From a virus (taxonomy: Duplodnaviria > Caudoviricetes), in the IMG/VR virus record IMGVR_UViG_3300028626_000002, positions 61,327 to 125,326 of that record: a stretch of 64,000 nucleotides of DNA; one strand, written 5' to 3'. Both the position numbers and the translations under genes were made by a program. Positions 37,792-48,080 of the stretch are shown here, piece after piece. The notes beneath the pieces were generated by a model, which saw only the letters and a program-made list of their open reading frames with translations, did no database searches and was not told where the DNA came from. Within the stretch, counting starts at the first letter, position 1, and every line of letters begins with the position of its first letter.

Positions 37792-38136
37792 ATGGGCAAG
37801 AAGCCGCGCACGGACACCTACACCCTGTGCAAGCACTGCGACCACTTCGTCGAGGAGAACCCCTCCCGCGAGGGGGACCCCAACCTCGCGAAGTACATCC
37901 ACCTGGACGACGGCGACTCCGAGTACACCCACAACGCCGAGCCCTCCGGCGACACCCGCAGCATCGACCGGTGGAAGAAGGAGCGGCCGGACCTGTTCAT
38001 GTCGGACGAGGACGGCGTGGTCGGCCCCAACAGCCTGAGCCACGTGCACCTCGGCCCGGGCTGGACGCTGCGGGTCTTCGGCGACGCCCACGGCCGGCCC
38101 AAGTTCAAGGCCATCCAGCAGGAGCGCACGAAGTGA
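37792..38136 (+). CDS. hypothetical protein
   Basis: adjacent to thg1; CxxC. Confidence 0.6.
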   Translation: MGKKPRTDTYTLCKHCDHFVEENPSREGDPNLAKYIHLDDGDSEYTHNAEPSGDTRSIDRWKKERPDLFMSDEDGVVGPNSLSHVHLGPGWTLRVFGDAHGRPKFKAIQQERTK

Positions 38137-38891
38137 GCGTCAGCAGGTTCTTCGAGTACCTGCGCGAGGAGCGCCACATCCATCTCGTCAGCGCCGACAC
38201 CGGCGCCATCGTCGGCCCGGTCGAGCAGCTCTACAAGGACTACACCGCCTGGCGGAAGACCCAGCGGAAGCCCCCCAAGGAGAAGGTGCGTGGGTTCGTC
38301 CTCAGCCCCATCGGCGAGGCCTTCCTCGGGGACAGGCAGATCACCGGGAACTGGAACGTCGCGCAGGTCGCCAAGAAGCTGGGACACGAGCCCACGCAGG
38401 CGGACTTCGACCGCATGTACCACGAGGAGGCCAAGTCGGCCCTCACCGAGGAGCAGTACCAGGTCTTCTGCAAGACCGAGAAGGCGCAGGTGATGACCGA
38501 CAAGTCGCGGGCCCCGTGGAACGCCTGGGGCGCGTGCAACGACTACCTGGTCTCGGAGGCGCCGGCGGTGTTCCTGGCCACGGAGTTCTACGACGTCGTG
38601 GACAGCCCGCTCTGGGCCAAGGTCGAGGAGTTCATCCGCGTCCTGCACGAGAAGACCGGCCTGCCGGTGCACCACGGGTGCCTGGACGAGGAGCGCGTCG
38701 AATCGGAGCACAGCTACCGCGTGGACAAGGCCGGCAAGAAGATCCCCGGCAGCGACATGTACGGGGCCATGCACGGCAAGACCGTGAGGCAGCTGGAGGT
38801 CGTCGTCAACCTCTGGGAGTGCCCGGAGGAGAAGTACAAGGACATCCTCAAGACGGCGTGGGACCTGGCCAAGAAGATGGACCTCAACTGA
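38133..38891 (+). CDS. hypothetical protein
   Basis: GTGA coupling. Confidence 0.7.
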   Translation: MSVSRFFEYLREERHIHLVSADTGAIVGPVEQLYKDYTAWRKTQRKPPKEKVRGFVLSPIGEAFLGDRQITGNWNVAQVAKKLGHEPTQADFDRMYHEEAKSALTEEQYQVFCKTEKAQVMTDKSRAPWNAWGACNDYLVSEAPAVFLATEFYDVVDSPLWAKVEEFIRVLHEKTGLPVHHGCLDEERVESEHSYRVDKAGKKIPGSDMYGAMHGKTVRQLEVVVNLWECPEEKYKDILKTAWDLAKKMDLN

Positions 38892-38903
38892 CAGGAGCAA
38901 CAG

Positions 38904-39494
38904 ATGGGATACACGACGGATTTCAGCGGCGAGTTCGCGGTCACCCCGCCCCTCACGAAGGAGCAGGTGGCCTACATCCAGGCGTTCAACGGCTCCAGGC
39001 GCATGAAGCGCAACCCCGAGGTCACGGCCACGCTGCCGGACCCGAAGCGCCTCGCGGTGGGCCTGCCCATCGGCGAACCCGACGCTGCGTACTACGTGGG
39101 TTCCGCGGACGACGGCAACTTCGGGCAGGGCACGATGGGGGGCGGGGACGACTCCATCATCGAGTACAACACGCCGCCCGGCGGTGCGAGATACTCGCTC
39201 AGCGCCGACCAGGGCCACGACCACGCCAAGGCACAGCCCGGCCTCTGGTGCCAGTGGACGTGCAGCGACGACGGCACCACCCTCCACTGGGACGGCGGCG
39301 AGAAGTTCTATAGCTACGTGGAGTGGCTGAAGTACCTCATCGAGCACTTCTTCGACCCGTGGGGCCGCAAGCTCAACGGCGAGGTCGAGTGGGAGGGCGA
39401 GGACAGCAGCGACTTCGGCAAGATCAAGGCCAAGAACAGCAAGGTCTTCGTCCACGTCGGCCGCAAGTCCTACGGGCAGCCGAGGAAGGTCTGA
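38904..39494 (+). CDS. hypothetical phage protein
   Basis: MGYTTDFSGEF..PGLWCQW..WDGGEKFY. Confidence 0.75.
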   Translation: MGYTTDFSGEFAVTPPLTKEQVAYIQAFNGSRRMKRNPEVTATLPDPKRLAVGLPIGEPDAAYYVGSADDGNFGQGTMGGGDDSIIEYNTPPGGARYSLSADQGHDHAKAQPGLWCQWTCSDDGTTLHWDGGEKFYSYVEWLKYLIEHFFDPWGRKLNGEVEWEGEDSSDFGKIKAKNSKVFVHVGRKSYGQPRKV

Positions 39495-39763
39495 TGCCCA
39501 CCTGGCGTCCCCGCACCACCCCGCCAGCCACGGCGCCGTGGAAGCCCAGCTACTGCCGGAAGGAAGTCGAGGGCTGCTACTGCGCCGTGGGCTGGCCCTA
39601 CGAGCTGCAGTGCCCCAAGTGCAGGGACTCCGAGCACGCGGACCCCTACAGCTACTGCGCGTGCCCACCACCCCATCACCCTGACAACCCGCTGCCCCAC
39701 AAGCACAAGTGGAGGGTTATCTACCCGGAGGAGTGGCGGAGCAACAAGGACACGGAGGACTGA
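39494..39763 (+). CDS. small Cys-rich protein
   Basis: TGATG coupling. Confidence 0.55.
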   Translation: MPTWRPRTTPPATAPWKPSYCRKEVEGCYCAVGWPYELQCPKCRDSEHADPYSYCACPPPHHPDNPLPHKHKWRVIYPEEWRSNKDTED

Positions 39764-39792
39764 ACTCTCACTGCAACCAAGAGGAGGACCTG

Positions 39793-40551
39793 ATGACCAC
39801 CCTGACCAGCACCGACCTGCAGTTCGTGGCGATGCGCATCCCCAGCGACGTCCGCGCCCTGATGAAGAGGCACAACCTGTTCCTGGCCGGCGGGTTCATC
39901 CGCGCCACCATCGCGGGGGAAAAACCCGCCGACATCGACCTGTTCGGCAAGGACGAGGCCACGCTGAAGCTGGCCGCGGCCGAGCTGTCGGGGGAGCGCA
40001 AGGGTCGTGTGCACACCACGCAGAACGCCCTCACGGTGCTCACGCCGATGCGCGTGCCCGTGCAGTTCATCACGCGCTGGCTGTTCGACAACGCGTACAC
40101 CCTCTCGAAGTCCTTCGACTTCACGGTCGCCCAGGCCGTCATCTACTGGGAGCCGGAGTGCCAGCCGCAGGCCCCCAACGAGAAGTTCGTGCCTGCGCAC
40201 TGGGCCAGCGCCTGCCACCCCGAGTTCTACGCGGACCTCGCCGCCAGGCGCCTGGTCTACACCAGCCCCGCGCGCAACGAGGACGCCGGCGGCAGCCTGC
40301 TGCGCGTCCGCAAGTTCCTGGCCAAGGGCTACAACATCCAGGCTCCGAGCCTGGCCGCGGTCATCGCCCGCCTGATGGAGGGCGTGGACATGCAGAAGGT
40401 GGCCGAGAAGCTGACGACGGCCACGCACACCCACGAGCAGGCCCTGGCCGCGGTCATCGAGGCCAAGCTGCGCGAGGTCGACCCGCTCGTCATCCTCGAC
40501 GGCATGCAGATCGTGGACGAGCACGAGCCTCTCACCGAGGGGGTGGGCTGA
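39793..40551 (+). CDS. nucleotidyltransferase, poly(A) polymerase/CCA-head-like
   Basis: LAGGFIRA..PADIDLF and SFDFTVAQ (compare GGxVRD..DxD, RDFT). Confidence 0.65.
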   Translation: MTTLTSTDLQFVAMRIPSDVRALMKRHNLFLAGGFIRATIAGEKPADIDLFGKDEATLKLAAAELSGERKGRVHTTQNALTVLTPMRVPVQFITRWLFDNAYTLSKSFDFTVAQAVIYWEPECQPQAPNEKFVPAHWASACHPEFYADLAARRLVYTSPARNEDAGGSLLRVRKFLAKGYNIQAPSLAAVIARLMEGVDMQKVAEKLTTATHTHEQALAAVIEAKLREVDPLVILDGMQIVDEHEPLTEGVG

Positions 40552-40820
40552 TGGCAGAGATCCAGCCGCCCCTGCGGGGGCGTCGTGTGGGCCGCCGGCC
40601 CATCCTGGGCAGCCTGGTCGTCACCTGGCTGCTGACCCTGGCCCTGGGTGGCGCGTGGTACTTCTGGGTGTACAAGATCATGTCCAGGATGGAGAGCGTG
40701 GTCGCGGCGCTGCCCGTGCCCACGCGCGAGTGCCCGCCGTGCCAGTGCCCGGCCTGCACGAAGATGCCCGGCGACGCGGCGTGTCCGCCATGCCAGTGCA
40801 CGTGCAACTGCGGGAAGTAG
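40551..40820 (+). CDS. small membrane protein with Cys/Pro-rich tail
   Basis: TM segment followed by CPPCQC twice. Confidence 0.55.
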   Translation: MAEIQPPLRGRRVGRRPILGSLVVTWLLTLALGGAWYFWVYKIMSRMESVVAALPVPTRECPPCQCPACTKMPGDAACPPCQCTCNCGK

Positions 40821-40829
40821 GAGGTGCCC

Positions 40830-41756
40830 ATGCCGCCCGTCCCCAAGTCCGCCCAGTCCACGGTCACCACCGAGCAGAAGCGTAGCGTGCGGTGGCTGGA
40901 CATCGGCTACGGCTTCGCCGCGTACGAGCTGGGGGTCGACACGCGTACCACCGTGCAGCGTGCCCCGCGAGCCAGGCCGGTGTCCAAGGACAGCTTCCAC
41001 CCGTCCGAGGGTGTCACCACCCTCAAGAGCCTCACCGCGTTCACGACCACGGCCTCTGCCGGGCTGGGCAACTGCACGTTCAAGTCGGGGGCGGCCACCG
41101 TGGTGGTGCAGGCCGTGAGGCCGGCCTACCTCGACCTCCTGCGGGACGTGGGGTGGACGAGCCCCTCCTCCACGGTGGACAGCGCGAAGTACGAAAGCGC
41201 GGTCTGCAACAAGCCGTTCACCGCCCTGATGAACGGCGAGGACGTGCTGTTCATCGGCACCAGCTACTACAACAACAGCGTGCAGCTCCTCGACGGCACG
41301 CCGGTGCCTGTCTGCCACGTGTTCGAGTACATCGGCGCGCGCATCAACAACGCGGCGTACGACCTCGACAGGCTGGTGGCCATCCTCCGGAAGCGCAAGG
41401 ACATCGCGCTGGAGAAGAGCGCCTACGGCAAGGACCAGTACACCTTCCCCATCCCCGGGTACAACGTGTCGCGCTACTCCAACATGCAGGCGCAGTTCCG
41501 GTGGCGCCCCGAGGCGGAGGACTGGCTGAAGGTCATCGCCAAGGCCAGGACGTACACCAGCAGGCTGGGAGCCGCCTCGAAGGAGGGTGCCCCGAAGCCG
41601 TTGGGGGAGGTGGGCTCCGAGGACATCTACCGGGCGTGCTTCGACCTGGACATCTTCGGGCTGCGCGCCGGCGGGGCCGCGCTCTACGACGACTTCTACG
41701 GATCCCGGGAGTACGACAAGTCCCCGGACCACTCCAGCGACGAGGAGGACGATTGA
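40830..41756 (+). CDS. hypothetical protein
   Basis: GGAGG SD. Confidence 0.7.
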   Translation: MPPVPKSAQSTVTTEQKRSVRWLDIGYGFAAYELGVDTRTTVQRAPRARPVSKDSFHPSEGVTTLKSLTAFTTTASAGLGNCTFKSGAATVVVQAVRPAYLDLLRDVGWTSPSSTVDSAKYESAVCNKPFTALMNGEDVLFIGTSYYNNSVQLLDGTPVPVCHVFEYIGARINNAAYDLDRLVAILRKRKDIALEKSAYGKDQYTFPIPGYNVSRYSNMQAQFRWRPEAEDWLKVIAKARTYTSRLGAASKEGAPKPLGEVGSEDIYRACFDLDIFGLRAGGAALYDDFYGSREYDKSPDHSSDEEDD

Positions 41757-42232
41757 TGGCCACCAGCGCACGCAAGTTCTACCGCACCGTCATCGAGGTC
41801 GAGGTGCTCTCGGAGGAGCCCTTCGAGTACGACACCCTCTACCAGGTGCACTGCTCCATCACGGAAGGTCACTGCTCGGGCACCGTGACCCCGAAGGTCA
41901 AGAACGAGGAGGTCGACGGCCCGGCCATGGCCAAGCTCCTCATCGCGCAGCGGAGCGACCCCGAGTTCTTCGGGCTCACCGACGACGGCGAGGACACCCT
42001 GGACTACGCCACCGACGACGAGCTGCGTGAGGGCGACCCGTGCCCCGAGTGCAAGGTCGCCCTCGTCAGCGTCGTGGAGGAGGATGGGCCGCACATCCAG
42101 TGCCCGGGCTGCGGCCTGTACTGGGACAGCCCGTGCGATAACTGCACCGGGGACGGCTGCAACGTGTGCTTCTCGGCGGACTCGACGGGGGAGCCCGAGC
42201 ACGGCGCGCCCACCAGCACGGAGGAGGCCTGA
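41756..42232 (+). CDS. hypothetical protein with Zn-ribbon
   Basis: CPEC..CPGC. Confidence 0.65.
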   Translation: MATSARKFYRTVIEVEVLSEEPFEYDTLYQVHCSITEGHCSGTVTPKVKNEEVDGPAMAKLLIAQRSDPEFFGLTDDGEDTLDYATDDELREGDPCPECKVALVSVVEEDGPHIQCPGCGLYWDSPCDNCTGDGCNVCFSADSTGEPEHGAPTSTEEA

Positions 42233-42726
42233 TGCACTACGTCTGGAGCAAGCAGCCCGACGGCACCATGAGCGTCGTGCTGGCCCGCAGCTACGCCACC
42301 GCCCGGTCCGATGGCACGGCGGACGTCTACGTCAAGGACATGCAGACGGGCGTCGGCAGCCTGGTCTGGTCCCAGCACTTCGCCAACCAGGCCGTGGCCA
42401 TGCGCCGTGGGGACGACCACTTGCACGAGATCGAGCAGCTGCTCCACCATCTCGGGCGCGCGCCGGCCGCCCCCCACAAGTCGCACAAGCCGAAGTTCAG
42501 GGTCCACGTGACGTACACCCAGCAGAACCTGGGCGAGGTCGTGGTGCGTGCCGACACCGCGGACGCTGCGGATTCCTACGTCAACAGCCTCTACGATGAC
42601 GGTGACCTCGACACCGACAACTTCGAGATCAACGACCAGTGGATCGAGGTCACGGCCGTCGAGGAACTCGATGAGAGCGAAGACGCGACCGTGGACTACC
42701 CCGACAACGACGAGGAGGAGACCTGA
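42232..42726 (+). CDS. hypothetical acidic protein
   Basis: TGATG coupling. Confidence 0.65.
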   Translation: MHYVWSKQPDGTMSVVLARSYATARSDGTADVYVKDMQTGVGSLVWSQHFANQAVAMRRGDDHLHEIEQLLHHLGRAPAAPHKSHKPKFRVHVTYTQQNLGEVVVRADTADAADSYVNSLYDDGDLDTDNFEINDQWIEVTAVEELDESEDATVDYPDNDEEET

Positions 42727-43427
42727 TGGCACTGCGAGACCTGCTGATCGGCATGAGCGTCGCCAAGTTCAGCGTGAGCGTGGACAGCGGTCAGGCCGGG
42801 TTCATCCCGGCCGTGCCGGAACTGGCCAACGACACCTGGTGCGCGGGCTCCCTGCCCGTGAAGCCGGGCACGGTGTTCCACGCGTGGGTCCTGCGCCAGG
42901 GCAAGGCCGGCGTCCTGGCCGAGGCCCTGCACATGGTGCACTACGCCAACAAGCACGGAAGCGGCAAGAAGGACTACATCCTGGACCTCAAGAAGGATAT
43001 CGAGGCGATCCGCAAGAGCTCGAACCAGAACGTCGGCTGGGTGACCCTGCTGCTGGTCACCACGAAGCCGAACTTCTTCAACCGGGCCCGGGTCCCGCGG
43101 GCAATCTACATGGGCGACTTCACGTGCCCGACCGAGAACATCCTGGTCACCGACCCGTGCTACCCCGAGCATGCGGACGGCAAGAACGACTACGGCGAGG
43201 GCGGGTTCTACGACCGGGCGTGCGACGCCACGCTGAACGAGATGGACCCGAACCACCCGGGCGCCGGCATCTTTGACGTGAACGGCGACGGGCAGGTGTA
43301 CGGCGTGGCCTCCCGCAGCGGCTGGGGGGATGGCGGCTACAGCTGCTACTACGTGGCCGGCGAGGACGGCAACGTCACGACCGCGGTCATCGACTACGGG
43401 CTCGAGCAGCTGCGGAGGCCAAAGTGA
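42726..43427 (+). CDS. hypothetical protein (DUF4241-like)
   Basis: LVTDPCY..SGWGDGGYSCY. Confidence 0.55.
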   Translation: MALRDLLIGMSVAKFSVSVDSGQAGFIPAVPELANDTWCAGSLPVKPGTVFHAWVLRQGKAGVLAEALHMVHYANKHGSGKKDYILDLKKDIEAIRKSSNQNVGWVTLLLVTTKPNFFNRARVPRAIYMGDFTCPTENILVTDPCYPEHADGKNDYGEGGFYDRACDATLNEMDPNHPGAGIFDVNGDGQVYGVASRSGWGDGGYSCYYVAGEDGNVTTAVIDYGLEQLRRPK

Positions 43428-43909
43428 AGTACACGGTGGTCAACGCCGGGAACCTCGTCTTCGTGTGCGAGGGCGGCAAGCCCAAGCGCGAGGTCAGCGA
43501 GGAGGACGTCAAGGGCGCCGTTTACAAGGCGTTGGAGGAGTACCCCCGCGCCGACGACAGCGCCATCGTCGGCACCGTGCTCCTGCGGGGCGAGGACGGG
43601 ACGTACTGCCAGGTGCAGCTCGAGCCCGTCCTCGTGCCCATCGAGCACAGCCACGCGAAGACCCTCATCGGCCACAACAACAACGGCTGCGAGGAGTGCA
43701 AGGGCACGGGCATCCGCGACCCCTCCAACCCCAGCTGCATCGTCGTCGTCCCCGAGGGCTGGCACGTCATCGAGCGCTGCGACGCCTGCGAGTGGTACGA
43801 CGACGACTTCGATGCCGCGAGGGCCTACTACGAGGACAACTCCGTCATGGAGGTCTACTGCACGGACGGAGGCAGCCACGTGGCCGTCCAGCCGGCCGGG
43901 AGGCGCTGA
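43424..43909 (+). CDS. hypothetical protein with CxxC pairs
   Basis: GTGA coupling. Confidence 0.65.
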   Translation: MKYTVVNAGNLVFVCEGGKPKREVSEEDVKGAVYKALEEYPRADDSAIVGTVLLRGEDGTYCQVQLEPVLVPIEHSHAKTLIGHNNNGCEECKGTGIRDPSNPSCIVVVPEGWHVIERCDACEWYDDDFDAARAYYEDNSVMEVYCTDGGSHVAVQPAGRR

Positions 43910-44349
43910 TGCCCATCACCCCCATCAAGCCCACGAGCCGCGGCTTTCTCCGCGCCGAGTTCGAGGACCGCTACCACAACAAGTGCAGCATCCAGGAGAG
44001 CAACCTCGCCAGCGAGGACGCCATCTGGCTGGGCGTGGACACCACCCACGACGGCAGGGAGGTGCTCACTCGCATGCACCTGACGAAGGACCAGGTAAAG
44101 GCGCTGCTGCCGCTCCTGCAGTTCTTCGCGATGACCGGCGGCCTGAATGTTCCTGGGGTCGCCACTGCCGAGCCCGGGCCCAAGCCCGAGGGCGAGGAGA
44201 AGCACATCATCTGCTGCGGCAGCCTGTCGGAGGGCTACACATTCCACGGCCCCTACGACTCGTTCGACGCGGCGTGCCTGGCGGACGTCGACCTGTCCGA
44301 CAGCAAGTCGTGGATCGCCACGCTCTACCCGCCGAGGAGGGGCACGTGA
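43909..44349 (+). CDS. hypothetical phage protein
   Basis: FEDRY..CSIQES..AIWLG..RMHL. Confidence 0.7.
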   Translation: MPITPIKPTSRGFLRAEFEDRYHNKCSIQESNLASEDAIWLGVDTTHDGREVLTRMHLTKDQVKALLPLLQFFAMTGGLNVPGVATAEPGPKPEGEEKHIICCGSLSEGYTFHGPYDSFDAACLADVDLSDSKSWIATLYPPRRGT

Positions 44350-44777
44350 AGACGACACCCAAGACCCAGACGTCCGCCTGGGACAGGAAGGCCGTGGACC
44401 CGAGGTATCTCACTCTGCGCGGGAAGATCCTCTACTACGGACGCCCCGTGCTGCAGCCGCTGCTCACCCTCACGCTGCAATTGATGGGGGTCACCGACGT
44501 GGTCGGCGACCTGCTGAAGGAGAACGAGGAGATGCGCATCCAGCGGGACCGGCTGCAGGAGTTCTGCATGGCCGTCATCAGCGTCCCCGTCGAGAGCATC
44601 CTGGCCGCGCCCGCGGAGGCGAAGCACATGGCGAAGGCCCAGCCCTTCGCGGCGAACAGCGCCAGGGCTCACGGCTGGGAGCGCGGGTACCTGAGCGGCA
44701 TGCAGCGCATGTCCGAGCTCGTCGTGAGCTCCTACGAGAGGCATGTGCTGCAGCAGGGGCAGGAGAAGAAGGTATGA
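44346..44777 (+). CDS. hypothetical protein
   Basis: GTGA coupling. Confidence 0.6.
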   Translation: MKTTPKTQTSAWDRKAVDPRYLTLRGKILYYGRPVLQPLLTLTLQLMGVTDVVGDLLKENEEMRIQRDRLQEFCMAVISVPVESILAAPAEAKHMAKAQPFAANSARAHGWERGYLSGMQRMSELVVSSYERHVLQQGQEKKV

Positions 44778-45193
44778 CCGAGACCGAGGCCTACGAGATG
44801 CTGGGGCTGTCGCCCCCGCTGGAGTACGCGGTGAAGGCCCATGTCTACTGGGCCAACGACAAGGGCGGGAGCAAGAAGCACCACACGCCCGAGCAGTGGG
44901 AGGAGCTCAAGTACCGGCAGTTGGGCTCCACCACGCGCATGGCGGTGAATGCCGCGCTCCGGGTGATGGCCGGCCACACCGTGGTCATCGCCGCCGTGTC
45001 CCAGGTGGTGGCCAACCACATCGCGCACATCGTCCAGGACTTCGCCAAGAAGCTGTCGGGCGAGCACTACGCCCTGGGCGGGCTCACGTCGGACGCGCGC
45101 ATCAAGTACATGTCCGACGTCGGCCTCTACCACGACAACGAGTGGGCCGAGCGCACGAAGGACGAGGTCAACGCAGAGGTCTACCACCCATGA
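44774..45193 (+). CDS. hypothetical protein
   Basis: ATGA coupling. Confidence 0.6.
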   Translation: MTETEAYEMLGLSPPLEYAVKAHVYWANDKGGSKKHHTPEQWEELKYRQLGSTTRMAVNAALRVMAGHTVVIAAVSQVVANHIAHIVQDFAKKLSGEHYALGGLTSDARIKYMSDVGLYHDNEWAERTKDEVNAEVYHP

Positions 45194-45738
45194 GCCAGCC
45201 CGAGGACTGCCTGCCTACGTATACGTTCAAGCTGGCGCTGCGCACGGGAGGCCTGCAGGAGGACCCGGGGTGGCACCTGCAGGACTTCCGGGTGGTTGAG
45301 GCCCCGAACCTCCGGGTGGCGAAGGCCGAGTGGGCCCACATCACTGGGGAGGACCGGCGCAAGGAGTGGAACCCGGACACCCAGACCGTGTGGGGCTGGG
45401 AGATCGTCGAGGTCGACGACACGACGATCAAGGCGCTGCAGCTCCACGACCCCCGGCTGCCCAGGGTGCCCGAGTATCCCGAGCACGAGAAGCTCAAGGC
45501 GGTGCAGGCCGAGTCCCAGGCCATCGGCGAGTTCATGGACTGGGCGATGAACGCCAGGACGCCGCCCATCCTCCTGCGCGAGGCCGTGTACGACGAGTAC
45601 GACAGGCCGTTGGGCAAGCTCATCACCATCAGCGACCTGCTGGCCGAGTACTTCGAGATCGACCAGAACAAGCTGGAGACCGAGAAGCGGAAGATGCTCG
45701 AGGAGCTGCGCAAGCAGCAGGAGAGGCCCGATGGCTGA
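45190..45738 (+). CDS. hypothetical protein
   Basis: ATGA coupling. Confidence 0.65.
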   Translation: MSQPEDCLPTYTFKLALRTGGLQEDPGWHLQDFRVVEAPNLRVAKAEWAHITGEDRRKEWNPDTQTVWGWEIVEVDDTTIKALQLHDPRLPRVPEYPEHEKLKAVQAESQAIGEFMDWAMNARTPPILLREAVYDEYDRPLGKLITISDLLAEYFEIDQNKLETEKRKMLEELRKQQERPDG

Positions 45739-45949
45739 CCTCTTCCTCGAGGGGCAGAAGCGGATGCAGGAGCGCGCGCTGCAGGTGCTGCGGCGCTCGG
45801 TCGAGTTCTGGGCCAGGTACAAGTCCGTCTACCCTCCCACGAGCAACGAGTTCCAGGAGGCCCAGGCGAGGGAGACCGAGTGCTACTACCGGGCGCTCGA
45901 CATCGAGCGGCTCGAGCCGGAGGAGAAGCCTGATGCCCAAGCACCCTGA
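45731..45949 (+). CDS. hypothetical protein
   Basis: short coupled ORF. Confidence 0.55.
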   Translation: MADLFLEGQKRMQERALQVLRRSVEFWARYKSVYPPTSNEFQEAQARETECYYRALDIERLEPEEKPDAQAP

Positions 45950-46532
45950 GACCCCTGCGGTCGTTCTCGTCAACCCCAAGTACAGCTACAACGTCGGCGG
46001 CGTGCTCCGCATGTGCTCGTGCTTCGGCGTGAAGAGCCTGCTGTGGACCGGCCACAGGGTCACGCTGGACTCCTCCAAGGGCCAGAGGCTGCCCCGCGAG
46101 GAGAGGATGAAGGGGTACGCGGACGTGAGGGTATTCGCGAATACCGAACGCCCACTCGACGGCATGCCCGAGGGTCGCACTCCCGTGGTGGTGGAGCTGG
46201 TGCCGGGCACGCAGCTGCTGCCCCACTTCACCCACCCCAAGAACCCCGTCTACATCTTCGGCCCGGAGGACGGCAACGTCCCCCAGGTCTATCGTGCGTT
46301 CGCGCATCACTTCGTGGCCATCCCCACCGCCCACTGCCTCAACTTGAGCAACGCCGTCGGCCTCGTGCTGTACGACCGCCTGCTCAAGCAGATGCAGTCG
46401 GGCGAGGTGCAGGGCTGGACCATGGACGAGTTCCTGAAGGAGCAGCGCGGATGGTTCGACCCGGGCAACGCGAACTCCCCGGGCATCGAGGGCCTCACCG
46501 GCGTCGAGAGCGCCGCACTCTGCGAGAGGTGA
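45933..46532 (+). CDS. SpoU/TrmH-family SPOUT RNA 2'-O-methyltransferase
   Basis: LVNPKYSYNVGGVLRMCSCFG, IFGPEDG, VAIP...CLNLSNAVGLVLYD. Confidence 0.88.
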   Translation: MPKHPETPAVVLVNPKYSYNVGGVLRMCSCFGVKSLLWTGHRVTLDSSKGQRLPREERMKGYADVRVFANTERPLDGMPEGRTPVVVELVPGTQLLPHFTHPKNPVYIFGPEDGNVPQVYRAFAHHFVAIPTAHCLNLSNAVGLVLYDRLLKQMQSGEVQGWTMDEFLKEQRGWFDPGNANSPGIEGLTGVESAALCER

Positions 46533-46534
46533 TT

Positions 46535-46822
46535 ATGGTGGGCGTGAAGATCGAGGGCGTCGAGGTGGTCACCCGCGAGTCGCTGCCGGCGCTCACGGGC
46601 GTGCCCCCCATCGACCGAGTGCTCGATGAGCTGCTGAACCTGCGGGGGGCCATGTACGACACGGAGACGCGGTTCAGGATCGCCTCCCTGCTGATGTCCC
46701 TCGAGCAGGCCATCAAGGCAGCGTGGGTGCACGACCGCAGGGCCTTCCAGTACACGTGGACCTGCAGCCCCATCGACGCGAGCTTCCACATCGAGATCAC
46801 GGAGGAGGTGAAGAAGAGATGA
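46535..46822 (+). CDS. hypothetical protein
   Basis: GAGG SD. Confidence 0.55.
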   Translation: MVGVKIEGVEVVTRESLPALTGVPPIDRVLDELLNLRGAMYDTETRFRIASLLMSLEQAIKAAWVHDRRAFQYTWTCSPIDASFHIEITEEVKKR

Positions 46823-47013
46823 CGAAGCGCGAGGCGTACTGCATCGCCCTGGGCGAGGTGGCGAAGGCTGCGACGAACCTCGCCCAGGTCGCGCGCTCGT
46901 GTTCCCCTCACGCCAGGGAGACGGCCGACTACGAGCGGCTGTTCGAAGCACACGAGCGCGTGGCGGAGTTCCTCATGAACAAGGCCTACCGGATGGGGGG
47001 GAAGAAGCCGTGA
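46819..47013 (+). CDS. hypothetical protein
   Basis: ATGA coupling. Confidence 0.55.
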   Translation: MTKREAYCIALGEVAKAATNLAQVARSCSPHARETADYERLFEAHERVAEFLMNKAYRMGGKKP

Positions 47014-47453
47014 GCGGCGGGCACTACAACTACAGCTACAGGCACACCAGCGACATGGCGCAGGAGTTGGGGGAGAGCGCGGACCCTCTCCGCAAGCGCT
47101 TCGCCCAGCACCTGCGTCTCGTCGCGAACGCCATGCACGACATCGAGTGGGTGGATTCGGGCGACTACCCCCACGGCGGCGAGTACGAGGCCATCCGCAA
47201 GGTCATCGGCGAGGGCGCGCTGGCCGAGATGACCGAGGTCCTCCATCGACTGCGCGTGACGTCTGACGAGCTGCGGACCCTGCTGAAGGACGTCGACGTG
47301 GACCCCGACACCGTGGCCATGAAGATGAAGTACCGGCTCGAGCGCGTGAAGACCATCCTCAGCGACCCGAGGCCGGACCCGCCCCACACGGCGGACGACT
47401 GCTACTGCCGCGTCTGCAGGGCCCTGAGCGCCTGCGAAGGAGAATACGAATGA
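47010..47453 (+). CDS. hypothetical phage protein (MSGGHYNY..HDIEW..SGD)
   Basis: GTGA coupling. Confidence 0.65.
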   Translation: MSGGHYNYSYRHTSDMAQELGESADPLRKRFAQHLRLVANAMHDIEWVDSGDYPHGGEYEAIRKVIGEGALAEMTEVLHRLRVTSDELRTLLKDVDVDPDTVAMKMKYRLERVKTILSDPRPDPPHTADDCYCRVCRALSACEGEYE

Positions 47454-47845
47454 CCGACGAGCAGACGCCCGTGAACTTCCTGGGCGAGGACGTCATCGAC
47501 GAGGGCCGCATCCCCCTGCGCGAGTGCGACCACGCGAACATCCCCGTCAACATCTACGTGGTTCCCATCGACCCCCGGTACGGGCGCGATGGTTCGTACG
47601 CGGAGCGCGGATACAAGTGGATGCTCTACGCGGACAACTACATGCCGCGCAGGGCTCGGAGCGACACCGAGATGTACCGCGTGTACGCGAGGACCCGCGA
47701 GAGCATCATCGCGTACATGCACAAGTACATCACGCCGTGGTACGAGGCCGCGGCGAAGCACATGCGCGAGGCCATGCCCGACAGCACCGACGACGGCGGC
47801 TTCAGTCTCTACTACTGGCCCGACCCCCCGAAGGAGCCGGCATGA
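47450..47845 (+). CDS. hypothetical protein
   Basis: ATGA coupling. Confidence 0.65.
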   Translation: MTDEQTPVNFLGEDVIDEGRIPLRECDHANIPVNIYVVPIDPRYGRDGSYAERGYKWMLYADNYMPRRARSDTEMYRVYARTRESIIAYMHKYITPWYEAAAKHMREAMPDSTDDGGFSLYYWPDPPKEPA

Positions 47846-48072
47846 ACCTGAAGGAGTTTCGCCAGGGCATCGACATCCTGGCCAAGTACTACGACAAGCC
47901 CGACGGCCATCACATCGGCGCCGAGCACGACGTCATCTACGTGTACGACACGGACCACCCGGTGTCGCCCGAGGACTGCGCGCAGCTGTGGGCCCTGGGC
48001 TGGGGGCAGGAGGGCTGCGACAACGAGAAGGGCGAGTACGACCCCGAAGTGGGGTGGTACGCCTTCGTGTAG
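47842..48072 (+). CDS. hypothetical phage protein (AEHDVIY)
   Basis: ATGA coupling. Confidence 0.65.
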   Translation: MNLKEFRQGIDILAKYYDKPDGHHIGAEHDVIYVYDTDHPVSPEDCAQLWALGWGQEGCDNEKGEYDPEVGWYAFV

Positions 48073-48080
48073 GAGCAACG